This document shows positions 1-11,939 of a stretch of DNA of 64,000 bases, in pieces (within the stretch, counting starts at the first letter, position 1; each line of letters starts with the position of its first letter). The position numbers and the translations under genes are program-made. A model generated the notes under the pieces. That model was not told where the DNA came from and did no database searches. It saw only the letters and a list, made by a program, of their open reading frames with translations. Source of the DNA: Azolla caroliniana (Eukaryota; Plantae; Polypodiophyta); NCBI GenBank assembly GCA_043228905.1, contig JBHGNT010000010.1:1178001-1242000 (forward strand), given 5' to 3'.

Positions 1-1067
1 CTTGACGAGGTATATGTCGCTTACCTATGTCACTTTACTCTTTATTGAGCCATCACTTGGCCGATTCTAGGGAGATGTGGTGGTCTTGAGGAGGTGCATG
101 TCGACTACTCTAGGGTTTTGTACCTTAAGGCATGCTTAATGTTCCATACACCTAATTGCTTATTATTCTAATTAATTTCTAATTCCACAATTTTTCATTT
201 CACTTATATGATTATCTCGTAATTATTGTTTTCTCGCCCACAATTAACTCTCCTTTTTCCCCTTCCTTTTCGCATATAAAGTATTTACGTGCTTCCGTGT
301 AGACTATTTTTTTCGTATGGAGTGGGCATCATGCCGTTTTTTTTGAACGATTTTTTCCAACAGATCATCTACGTTTAACTCATATTATCGAGCCTTAGAA
401 CTCGAGTAAAACCACATGAGTTCCTCTATTTATTTTTCTTCATAGATTTGAGCACCACATCTTTGCATATCAATTTGTGGCTTATGTCACAATAGTGCAA
501 ATTATAACCATCATATTGGGATGTATATGTGCATACCTTGTACCTCCCATTTATTTGTGACATTGTTTTTTTAGTAGGTAGCACATCGGTTTTTTGACCC
601 TTGTTTTCGTCACTACTTGCCTCTAATGGGTAGTTCCTTATTTTATCATTTTTATCATCACATTTGCTTATTACTGGCAAGACTAGAATATTACTTGCGA
701 GTGCACTTGTTTTCTTCACATAATACACTTTCTCGACCATATCAATACATGCTGAGTTGGCATTAATATAAGGTTAACTAGGAAATTACATTGATGTTGG
801 AACCATGGTTGAGCCTTGGGGAGCCGCCATGATTACTCAAGATAGAGATTCGAGAAAGACATCTTAGCTAAGTTTGCTCCCATGGTTTTTAAAACACCAT
901 AGTGTTACCATAGTTATCGGATCTCGAATCACATCTCATATGTCTAGAGGGGTAAAGACGTGAGATGCTTTCTTGGTAAAGTTCTTCCAATCAAAATTTC
1001 AAGCATTCATTTTGCTTGTGTATTTTTTGAACCTCCTTATTTATATTGCATAACCACAACTTGCATC

Positions 1068-2648
1068 ATGGAACAAGTTTTGAACGTTGTTGGAGCAATC
1101 TCTTCGACCGAGACCTCTCAACTCCAATCCGCATCTCGCACACAAGTTGAGATCACTATTGAGCAATTGCTCACTACTACCTTGAATCAATTGGCTGAAA
1201 TGAAGCAAGCCAATATAGCATTGGAAAAGAAATTCCAAGAATTGACTATTAAGTCCAAGAAAGAAGGTGAACCTTCTTTCGTAGTAACGCCATTCAAGGG
1301 AGATAAGAAAGAAAGAACCGAGGAGGCCATTAGCACTTGGCTTGGTAGTTGGGAGTCTCACTTTGAACTCCACCCCAAGCCCGATGCTGTAAAAATTGGT
1401 TATGTCGGTCGTGAGTTAGGTGGCTGAGCTGCTACTTGGTGGTGTGGCCTAAGGACTGCAAAGAACTTACCCACAACTTGGGAAGGTTTTGTTGATGTTT
1501 TTAAGAAACAGTTTCTGCAGCCACCTTCTCGAACTGAACAAGCGCAAAACTTGCTCACGTTGTCAAGTAAGCCATTTACCTCTCTTGAGGATTATGTGCA
1601 TCATGCTCGGACCTAGATCCAAAAATCGGAACTTACGGATGAGAAATGGTTTGTTGCTTGCTTTTTGAATGGTATTCCCAATGGGGATTACCATTGGATT
1701 GTCCATGACAAGGATCCCATAACTTTCGTGGAAGCTGTCAACATTGTACTTCAGTACCATAGGACTTCCAAGAAAGACTGCAATAAACTTGAGTTTGCCA
1801 AAACTCCGAATGTAAAGTTCATTGGGAAACGTAAGCAATCCAGTGACACTCTTGACCGCGACTCCAAGAAACCGAACCTCTTCTGTACATATTGCAAGAA
1901 GTGGGGCCACACAAAGGATACCCATCGTCGTCTTGAGAGGAAGTCAATGAACACCCCTCCTCAAGAAAAATCTACAAGTCACACAGGTAAGTCTTTTGAT
2001 GTTATTGAAGTTCATACCAACCACTTAAGTTCATGTGAATGCACTTTTCCTTCACATTTACTTGGACCTAATGATTTACTCCGAGAAGTTGGGTATATTA
2101 ATGGAACAGAAGCACATTTCTTGTTTGATTCCGGTAGTTCTCACAATTTTCTTAATGATCACTTTGTGCAGCAAATGGAACTCTACATAAACGCAAGTGA
2201 TCATATCTATCAAGTTCACATGGCAAATGGAAGCCTTCAATATATCAGTGGCATTGTTTGTCAACTGCCAATTCAAATAGATACCTATTTGGAGAAGCTT
2301 GACTTTCATGTTATGAAACTACAATCCGCAGATGTCATTTTAGGATACCCTTGGTTTTTTAATAAAAACCCTTCTTTGTCCATTGATTGGGTTAATCAGT
2401 CAATCACATTTGAACTTAATAATTGTAAACATTTTATTCAATGTTCCGAACTTCCTTCTCGTTCACTTGTGTCTTCTAAATCTTTGAGTATTCTAGTTCA
2501 TTAATTTTTTCGTGTGTAATTGATCTTGCGCTTCCATTTTATTATTTTAATATTGACGCCACACCATTACCGTATTATGAACAACGATTACTCGACTCTA
2601 TTTTAGATGATTCAAGACGTGTTTCCTAACGAATTGCCACTTACTTTA
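1068..2648 (+). pseudogene. Ty3/gypsy (chromovirus-type) gag and aspartic protease, decayed; 5' part of the oldest host element
   Basis: Gag-like ORF from ATG 1068 (WLGSWESHF, then A-TWW after a TGA at 1425), zinc knuckle CTYCKKWGHTKDTH, protease LFDSGSSHNF and DVILGYPW; stops and frameshifts; ends at DVFPNELP just before the expected RT, where a copia LTR begins. Confidence 0.85.
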
Positions 2649-3308
2649 TGTTGGGATTACGGTCCCTCCGGATGGGATGGTCAGATGTCCGGGAATCGGG
2701 AATGAAGACCCGAATGAGGAGTACCCGGTATCGGAACCGGATGATGAAGACCCGGTTTCGGATCCGGATGATGAAGACCCGGTTTCGGATCCGGATGATG
2801 AAGACCCCGGCTACGGAGCCGGATGACGAATGTACCCGGAGAGAGATCCGGATGCGGGGACATATTTGTGAATATGTTTGCCAAGGGCCCTCGAGGCTAT
2901 ATTTGTAAATAGCCCGAAAGTCATATGTGTATAAATATGACTTAGGGCAAACAGTTTTGTTGTTGTTGCTCATTTTTTGTTTTCCATTTAGAGGGAGCGA
3001 AGTGAGAGCAGCCGAGAGAGAGAGTGAGAGAGAGAGAAAGGAAGAGGTCGACGCCTCTGTGTAATACCGCCGCCTGTGGCGAGGACAGCGAGCTCAAGGT
3101 CGTCGCCTTGCAGCTCGCCATTGTACATTCCCTGCGTATAGTGATAGTTGGAGTCTTGCACTCCCGTGGTTTTTCCCGTCTAGGGTTTTCCACGCTAAAC
3201 CCTGTGCATTCGAGTCTCTCTCTGTGTTTTCGATTTACTGCTGCATTGATTCGTGTTTCCTCGGTTGTGGCCGAGAGAAGAAGGTTTTGAAAGCGTCAAT
3301 TTCTAACA
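2649..3308 (+). repeat. 5' LTR of copia element A
   Basis: TGTTGGGATT...TTCTAACA termini; nearly identical to the LTRs of 38221-43605 (reverse strand); CCGG-rich U3 repeats, TATAAATA, (GA)n. Confidence 0.95.
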
Positions 3309-3311
3309 ATC

Positions 3312-3323
3312 TGGTATTAGAGC
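3312..3323 (+). promoter_or_regulatory. PBS, tRNA-iMet (element A)
   Basis: TGGTATTAGAGC 3 nt after the LTR; one mismatch to canonical TGGTATCAGAGC. Confidence 0.9.
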
Positions 3324-4637
3324 GACTGCAGTGCAGAAAATGGAAGGCGGCAGCAGCGGGCAGCCGGGGATGATGGTGCTGAATGCGCAGAACTACGCCG
3401 ACTGGAAGATAAAGATGGAGGATCTGCTCATTGTTCGGGACCTGTATGAACCGATCGACAGGTCGGAAATACCCAAGGGGGTACTTGAGACGGAATGGAG
3501 GCTTCTGAACCGGAAAGCCGTTGCAACCATTCGGCAATACGTCGACGTGAGCGTTCTACAACATGTGGCGAACGACACCAACGCATATGAGATGTGGCAG
3601 AAGCTGTCGAGCCTCTACGAGAGGAAGAATGCGTTGAACCGGACCTCCCTGATGAGGAAGATAGTGAACCTCAAGTACCGGGACGGCGAGAGTATGGTGG
3701 AACACGTAAGCACGTTCATGGGATTCGTGAACCAGCTTGTGGCGATCAAGTTCCCGTTGGAGGATGCAATGCAAGCCATCATGCTGATGTGTACATTGCC
3801 GGAAAGCTGGGAGAACTTGGTGGTGACTCTCAGCACCTCCTGCACCGAAGATAACTTGTCCCTACAAACGGTAAAGAAAAGCATTTTGAACGAAGAAGCG
3901 CGTCGGAGAGATAAAGAACCGGCCTCCGATCCGAAGATGCTGCTTACCGAATTGGATCGGGGAAGACAACGGAACCGGAATCCGCAAAGACGGGAGAAGT
4001 CGGGGACCCGGTCGCAGTCAAGAGGAAGGCCCACATGCTTCCACTGTGGGAAGCCGGGGCACTTCCGAAAGAATTGTCAGCATTACCGAAAAGACAATGG
4101 AGCCGACGACACCGATTCGAAGAAGTCTTCGGAACGGAACGGTGCTTACCGGGGAGCCACGGACCGGAATGGTTCGGATCGGCGAGGGCAGGACCGGAAA
4201 GGAACGACGGCACTCGCGGCAAGTGAAGAGGAGATCATGCTCATCACTGAAGAAGGTGAACTAAACATTGCCGGCGATGAGACTACCTGGGTGGTCGATT
4301 CCGGAGCGTCGTTCCACCTGACCCCGGAAAGAAGATACTTCTCATCCTACACAGCCGGTGAGCATGGCTGTGTTCGGATGGGAAATGAAGGTACGTGCCG
4401 GATTGCCGGCATAGGAGATGTGTGGTTCACAACCTCGACCGGATGCAAAATGTTGCTGAAGGATGTCCGACATGTTCCGGAGGTACGATTGAACCTGATT
4501 TCGGCCGGGAGGCTAGACGATGAAGGCTACACAGGTAGCATCCGGAACTGCGTAATGAAGTTCAGCAAGGGGAGCCTGATAGTGGCTCGGGCCCGGAAAG
4601 TCAACACACTGTACCTTATGAATGCCTGGTTGTGTCC

Positions 4638-5011
4638 TGTTGGGATTTCGGTCCCTCCGGATGGGATGTCCGGAGATGAATGACAGCAAGCCCGGTTGCG
4701 GTTACGGAGCCGGATGATGAAGACCCCGGCTACGGAGCCGGATGATGAAGACCCCGGCTACGGAGCCGGATGATGAATACCCCGGCTACGGAGCCGGATG
4801 ATGAAGACCCCGGCTACGGAGCCGGATGACGAATGTACCCGGAGAGAGATCCGGATGCGGGGACATATTTGTGAATATGTTTGCCAAGAGCCCTTGAGGC
4901 TATATTTGTAAATAGCCCGAAAGTCATATGTGTATAAATATGACTTAGGGCAAACAGTTTATGTTGTTGCTCATTTTTCTGTTTTCACTTAGAGGGAGTG
5001 AAGAGAGCAGT

Positions 5012-5045
<34 letters not shown>

Positions 5046-8000
5046 GAAGAGGTCGTTGCCTCTGTGTATTGCCGCCGCCTGTGGCGAAGACAGTGAGCAC
5101 AAGGTTGTTGCCTTGTAGCTTCACCATTGTACATCCCTGTTCATAGTGATGGTTGGAGTCTGAGAACTCCCGTGGTTTTTTCCCATTTAGGGTTTTTCCA
5201 CGTAAAATATTCTGTGTACTCTCTCTTTCTATTGTCTCGTGCATTCTGTATTTCCTGTTTTCTAAGTGTTGATCCTATTCCTCGGTTGTGGCCGAGCACT
5301 GTTTTACAACAAACTGGTATCAGAGCGACGGTAACACAGAAAATGGAAGGCGGCGGTAGTGGGCCTCCGGGCATGATGGTGTTGAACTCACAGAACTACG
5401 CCGACTGGAAGATAAAGATGGAAGACCTTCTCATCGTCCGAGACCTGTATGAACCGATCGACAATGCCGAGATACCCAAGGGGGTAATAGAGTCGGAGTG
5501 GAAGCTCCTGAACTGGAAAGCCGTAGCGACGATCCGGCAATATGTCGATGTAAGCGTTCTACAACATGTGGCGAATGACACCAACGCATATGAGATGTGG
5601 AAGAAGCTGGCGGGCCTCTACGAGAGGAAGAATGTGTTGAACCGGACCTCCCTGATGAGGAAGATAGTGAACCTCAAGTACCGGGACGGCGAGAATATGG
5701 TTGAACACGTGAGCACGTTCATGGGATTCGTGAACCAGCTTGCGGCGATCAAGTTCCCGTTGGAGGATGCAATGCAAGCCATCATTCTGATGTGTACATT
5801 ACCGGAAAGCTGGGAGAACTTGGTGGTGACTCTCAGCACCTCTTGCACCGAAGATAACTTGTCTCTACAAACGGTAAAGACAAGCATTTTGAACGAAGAA
5901 GCGCGTCGGAGAGATAAAGAACCGGTTTCCGATCCGAAGATGCTGCTTACCGAATCGGAACGGGGAAGACAATGGAACCGGAGTCCGCAAAGACGGGAGA
6001 AGTCGGGGACCCGGTCGCAGTCAAGAGGAAGACCCACATGCTTCCACTGTGGGAAACCGGGGCACTTCCGGAAGAATTGTCGGCATTACCGAAAGGACAA
6101 CGGAGCCGACGACATCGATTCGAAGAAGTCACCGGAGAGAAACGGTGCATACCGGGGAGCCACAGACCGGAGAGGTCCGGATCGGCGAGGGCAGGACCGG
6201 AAAGGAACGACGGCACTCGCGGCAAGTGAAGAAGAGATAATGCTCATTACCGAAGAGAGGGAGCTGAACCTTGCCGGTGTAGAGATGACCTGGGTGGTCG
6301 ATTCCGGAGCGTCGTTCCACCTGACCCCGGAGAAGAAATACTTCTCATCCTACACAGCCGGTGAGCACGGCTGTGTCCGGATGGGAAATGAAGGCACATG
6401 CCGGATTGCCGGCATAGGAGACGTGTGGCTGATGACATCAACCGGATGCAAGATACTGCTGAAGGATGTTCGACACGTTCCGGAGGTTCGATTGAACCTG
6501 ATTTCGGCCGGGAGGCTAGACGATGAAGGCTACACGGGTAGCATCCGGAACGGTGTCATGAAGTTCAGCAAAGGGAGCCTGATAGTGGCTCGAGCCCGGA
6601 AGATCAACACACTGTACCTGATGAATTCCCGGCTATGTCCGGAGGAGCTGAACGTGGCAGCTGACACTGCCGGTGAGCTATGGCACAAGAGACTGTGCCA
6701 CATGAGCGAGAAGGGGATGAAGAGGCTTGCCGAAGACAACCTGATACCGGTAAAGCATGTACACTTGGGGAAGTGTATCGACTGTCTGGCCGGTAAGCAA
6801 AACCGGACCTCCTTCCACTCAAGGCCACCGACGAGACGTAGTGCACCATTGGAGTTGGTGCACACTGACGTGTGTCAGGTAGAAACGAAGTCACATGGCG
6901 GAGCCCAGTACTTTGTAACATTCATAGATGACCATAGCCAGAAGCTGTGGACGGCACCGTTGAAGACAAAGGACCAAGTATTGTCCGTCTTCAAAGAACT
7001 TCACGCGAGAGTGGAAAGGGAATCCGGCAAGAAGCTGAAAGCGATACGAGCGGATAACGGAGGGGAATACCGAGGGCAGTTCGCGGAGTACTGTCGCTCG
7101 AAGGGAATCCGGCTCGAGTTTACTGTGCCGAAGACGCCGGAACTGAACGGGCTGGCCGAGAGGATGAACCGGACCATAATGGAGAGGGTCCGGAGTATGC
7201 TGGCACATGCGGAATTACCCAAGGGGTTTTGGGCTGAGGCGATGTCGACGGCGACATACGTGATAAACAGATCACCCTCAGTACCTTTGGACGGAGACAC
7301 GCCGCAGAGAGTGTGGACCGGTAGGGAAGTATCCTACCGGCATCTGAAGGTGTTCGGGTGTCTCGCATATGTGCATGTGGCAAGGGACCGGAGAGGAAAG
7401 CTAGACCCAAAGACCCGGCCATGCATATTCCTCGGTTACGGCGATGACGAGTTCGGCTACCGAGTATGGGACCCGGTCGACAAGAAGATATTCCGGAGTC
7501 GTGATATCATCTTCATGGAGAACAAGACACTCGCCGACTGGGAGTCGGAGAAGAAGATGAAGAGCTCCAAGTCGACCGGTGAGGATCAACTCTACGAGGA
7601 GCAGTCCCGACCGACAAGGGACCGGTTAGCACTCGAGGATCCGGCCGAAGACGGTGAAGAAACAGAACCGGCCGAAGAAGATGAAAATAATACCGGAACC
7701 GGCCCCGATCCCGAAATGGATTCGGATGAAGAAGAATCGGAAGAACCGGTTACCGAAGCTCCGGAACGGAGATATCCTCTAAGAGAGAGAAGGGCCCCCC
7801 GGAGATTTCCGGAACCAGAGCACGTGCTGCTAACCGACGAGGGGGAGCCGGAGAGCTTTGAAGAAGCAAAGCTTGACACCCATAGCCGCAGGTGGTTAAG
7901 TGCCATGCAGGAGGAGATGGATTCCCTCCATGAGAACCACACATATGAACTTGTGGAGTTGCGAAAAGGAAAGCGGGCACTTTGAAACAAGTGGGTGTTC

Positions 8001-9743
8001 AAGCTGAAACCGGGAGATGCCGGAAACCCCCCGAGATACAAAGCCAGGATCGTGGTGAAGGGGTTTCAGCAGAAGAAGGGCGTCGACATCGACGAGATAT
8101 TTGCCCCGGTAGTGAAGATGACCTCCATCCGGACGGTGCTGAGCATAGCGGCAAGCATGGACCTCGAGGTAGAACAGATGGACGTGAAGACGGCATTCCT
8201 TCACGGTGACCTCGATGAAGAGATCTACATGCAGCAACCGGAAGGATTCGAGAAGAAAGGGAAGGAGCACCTGGTATGCCGGTTGAAGAAGAGCCTTTAC
8301 GGACTGAAGCAGGCTCCCCGGCAATGGTACCGGAAGTTCGACTCCTTTATGACCGACGAAGGGTACCACAAAACGCAGTCCGATCACTGCGTGTTTGTGA
8401 AGAAGTTCGAAGGAGGAGACTCTCTAATACTCCTCCTGTACGTGGACGACATGTTGATCGTCGGACGGGACCAGGGCAAGATACGGATGCTGAAGAAAGC
8501 ACTTCACCGAACCTTCTTAATGAAGGACCTGGGTCCGGCGAGGCAAATACTAGGGATGCACATCATCCGAGACCGGAAGAAGAAGCAGTTGTGGCTGTCA
8601 CAGGAGAAGTACGTAACAAAGGTGCTTCACCGGTTCAACATGTCGGAAGCAAGACCAGTCGGATCAACTCTCCCGGCAAACTGCAAGTTGTCCAGCAAGC
8701 AAAGCCCCAAGACAAAGACTGAGAAAGAGGACATGATGAAAGTACCATATGCCTCTGCCATCGGAAGCTTGATGTACGCAATGGTGTGTACAAGACCGGA
8801 CATAGGATACACAGTCGGAGTGGTGAGCCGGTACATGAGCAATCCCGGCAAGGAGCACTGGAACGCGGTCAAGTGGATACTCCGATACCTGAAGGGCACA
8901 GCAAACGTGTGCCTCCGATTCGGCTCCGGTAAGCCCGAACTCGACGGCTTCACCGATTCGGATATGTCGGCTGATGCAGATACCAGCCGGTCCACATCAG
9001 GGTATGTGATGATGTATGCAGGGGGAGCTGTCTCATGGCAGTCGAGGCTGCAGAAGATGGTTGCGTTGTCAACCACGGAGGCGGAGTACATGGCGGCTGT
9101 TGAAGCCGGCAAGGAAATGATATGGATGAAGGACTTCATTAGAGAGCTCGGTATCCGGCAGGAGGAGTACCGACTCTACTGCGACAGTCAGAGTGCCATC
9201 CACCTTGCGAAGAACGCGGCCTATCACTCCCGGACTAAGCACATCCAGCGAAGATATCACTGGATCCGGGAAAGGATAGAAGACCAGGAGTTCGTGCTGA
9301 CGAAGATCCACACGGACGAGAACGGCTCAGATATGCTGACCAAAGTGCTCACACCCGACAAGCTGGAAGCATGCCGGAAGAGGATCGGATTGGAGAGACA
9401 TCCCATGCCGAAGTGAAGGGGGAGTTTGTTGGGATTTCGGTCCCTCCGGATGGGATGTCCGGAGATGAATGACAGCAAGCCCGGTTGCGGTTACGGAGCC
9501 GGATGATGAAGACCCCGGCTACGGAGCCGGATGATGAAGACCCCGGTTACGGAGCCGGATGACGAATGTACCCGGAGAGAGATCCGGATGCGGGGACATA
9601 TTTGTGAATATGTTTGCCAAGAGCCCTTGAGGCTATATTTGTAAATAGCCTGAAAGTCATATATGTATAAATATGACTTAGGGCAAACAGTTTATGTTGT
9701 TGCTCATTTTTCTGTTTTCACTTAGAGGCAGTGAAGAGAGCAG

Positions 9744-9782
<39 letters not shown>

Positions 9783-10048
9783 GAAGAGGTCGTTGCCTCT
9801 GTGTATTGCCGCCGCCTGTGGCGAAGACAGTGAGCACAAGGTTGTTGCCTTGTAGCTTCACCATTGTACATCCCTGTTCATAGTGATGGTTGGAGTCTGA
9901 GAACTCCCGTGGTTTTTTCCCATTTCGGGTTTTTCCACGTAAAATATTCTGTGTACTCTCTCTTTCTATTGTCTCGTGCATTCTGTATTTCCTGTTTTCT
10001 AAGTGTTGATCCTATTCCTCGGTTGTGGCCGAGCACTGTTTTACAACA
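4638..10048 (+). mobile_element. Full-length Ty1/copia element B
   Basis: LTRs 4638-5311 and 9427-10048 (TG...CA), TSD TGTCC at 4633-4637 and 10049-10053, PBS TGGTATCAGAGC 5315-5326, PPT GAAGGGGGAG ~9415-9424. Confidence 0.97.
5343..9416 (+). pseudogene. copia gag-pol polyprotein of element B with one premature stop
   Basis: Gag CCHC, PR DSGAS, GAG-pre-integrase LWHKRLCH, rve, RT (QMDVKTAFLHG, LYVDDML), RNase H (YCDSQSAI). Single TGA at 7983-7985 where sister copies have CGA. Confidence 0.95.
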
Positions 10049-11939
10049 TGTCCGGAGGAGTTGAACGTGGCAGCCGACACTGCCGGTGAGCTGTGGCACA
10101 AGAGACTGTGCCACATGAGTGAGAAGGGGATGAAGAGGCTTGCAGAAGACAACCTTATTCCAGTGAAGCATGTGCACCTGGAGAAGTGCACCGATTGCCT
10201 GGCCGGTAAGCAGAACCGAACCTCCTTCCACTCAAGGCCACCGACGAGACGTAGCGCACCAGTGGAGTTGGTGCACACTGACGTGTGTCAAGTAGAAACG
10301 AAGTCACATGGCGGAGCCCAGTACTTCGTGACATTCATTGATGACCACAGCCGGAAGCTGTGGACGGCACCGTTGAAGACAAAGGACCAAGTGTTGTGCG
10401 TCTTCAAAGAACTCCACGCGAGAGTGGAAAGGGAATCCGGCAAGAAGCTGAAAGCGATACGAGCGGATAACGGAGGGGAATACCGGGGGTAGTTCGAGGA
10501 GTACTGTCGCTCGAAGGGAATCCGGCTCGAGTTTACTGTGCCGAAGACGCCGAATCTGAACAGGCTGGCCGAGAGGATGAACCCGACCATAATGGAGAGG
10601 GTCCGGAGTATGCTGGCGCATGCGAAATTACCCAAGGGGTTTTGGGCTGAGGCAATGTCGACGGCGACATACGTGATAAACAGATCACCCTCAGTACCTT
10701 TGGACGGAGACACGCCGCAGAGAGTGTGGACTGGTAGGGAAGTATCCTACCGGCATCTGAAGGTGTTCGGGTGTCTCGCATATGTGCATGTGGCAAGGGA
10801 CCGGAGAGGAAAGCTAGATCCAAAGACCCGGCCATGCATATTCCTCGGTTACGGCGATGACGAGTTCGGCTACCGAGTATGGGACCCGGTCGACAAGAAG
10901 ATATTCCGGAGTCGTGATATCATCTTCATGGAGGACAAGACACTCGCCGACTGGGAGTCGGAGAAGAAGATGAAGAGCTCCAAGTCGACCGGTGAGGATC
11001 AACTCTACGAGGAGCAGTCCCGACCGGCGAGGGACCGGTTGGCACTCGAGGATCCGGCCGAAGACGGTGAAGAAACAGAACCGGCCAAGGAAGATGAAAC
11101 TGATACCGGAACCGGCCCCGATCCCGAAATGGATTCGGATGAAGAGGAAACGGAGGAGCCGGTTACCGAAGCTCCGGAACGGAGATATCCTCTAAGAGAG
11201 AGAAGGGCCCCCCGGAGATTTCCGGAACCAGAGCACGTGCTGCTAACCGACGAGGGGGAGCCGGAGAGTTTTGAAGAAGCAAAGCTTGACACCCATAGCC
11301 GCAGGTGGTTAAGTGCCATGCAGGAGGAGATGGATTCCCTGCATGAGAACCACACATATGAACTTGTGGAGTTGCCGAAAGGAAAGCGGGCACTTCGAAA
11401 CAAGTGGGTGTTCAAGCTGAAACCGGGAGATGCCGGAAACCCCCCGAGATACAAAGCCAGGATCGTGGTGAAGGGGTTCCAACAGAAGAAGGGCGTCGAC
11501 TTCGACGAGATATTTGCCCCGGTAGTGAAGATAACCTCCATCCGGACGGTGCTGAGCATAGCGGCAAGCATGGACCTCGAGGTAGAACAGATGGACGTGA
11601 AGACGGCATTCCTTCACGGTGACCTCGAAGAAGAGATCTACATGCAGCAACCGGAAGGATTCGAGAAGAAAGGGAAGGAGCACCTGGTATGCCGGTTGAA
11701 GAAGAGCCTTTACGGACTGAAGCAGGCTCCCCGGCAATGGTACCGGAAGTTCGACTCTTTCATGACCGACAAAGTCCGATCACTGCGTGTTTGTGAAGAA
11801 GTTCGAAGGAGGAGACTTTCTAATACTCCTCCTGTACGTGGACGACATGTTGATCGTCGGACGGGACCAGGTCAAGATACGGATGCTGAAGAAAGCGCTT
11901 CACCGAACCTTCTCAATGAAGGACCTGGGTCCGGCGAGG

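Larger units (their letters stand above)
2649..11939 (+). mobile_element. Ty1/copia element A, split by element B and 3'-truncated
   Basis: gag-PR 3340-4637 (CFHCGKPGHFRKNC, WVVDSGAS) resumes at 10049 after TSD TGTCC; integrase (VHTDV, RADNGGEY; CAG>TAG stop at 10490) and RT to KDLGPA at ~11939, then an abrupt switch to a different copia. Confidence 0.92.

Noticed and set aside
426-740. 104-aa minus-strand ORF as a host gene
   Set aside because: No recognisable motif in an AT-rich stretch; 1-960 could not be assigned and does not visibly match the LTR at 31600.
4690-4835. CCGGATGATGAAGA repeats as hammerhead cores
   Set aside because: The core is CGGATGA, not CTGANGA, and there is no stem II followed by GAAA.
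5127-5342. Hydrophobic N-terminal extension of element B Gag (env- or signal-like)
   Set aside because: It is read-through of LTR U5 and PBS from a non-ATG start; the ATG shared with A and A2 is at 5343.
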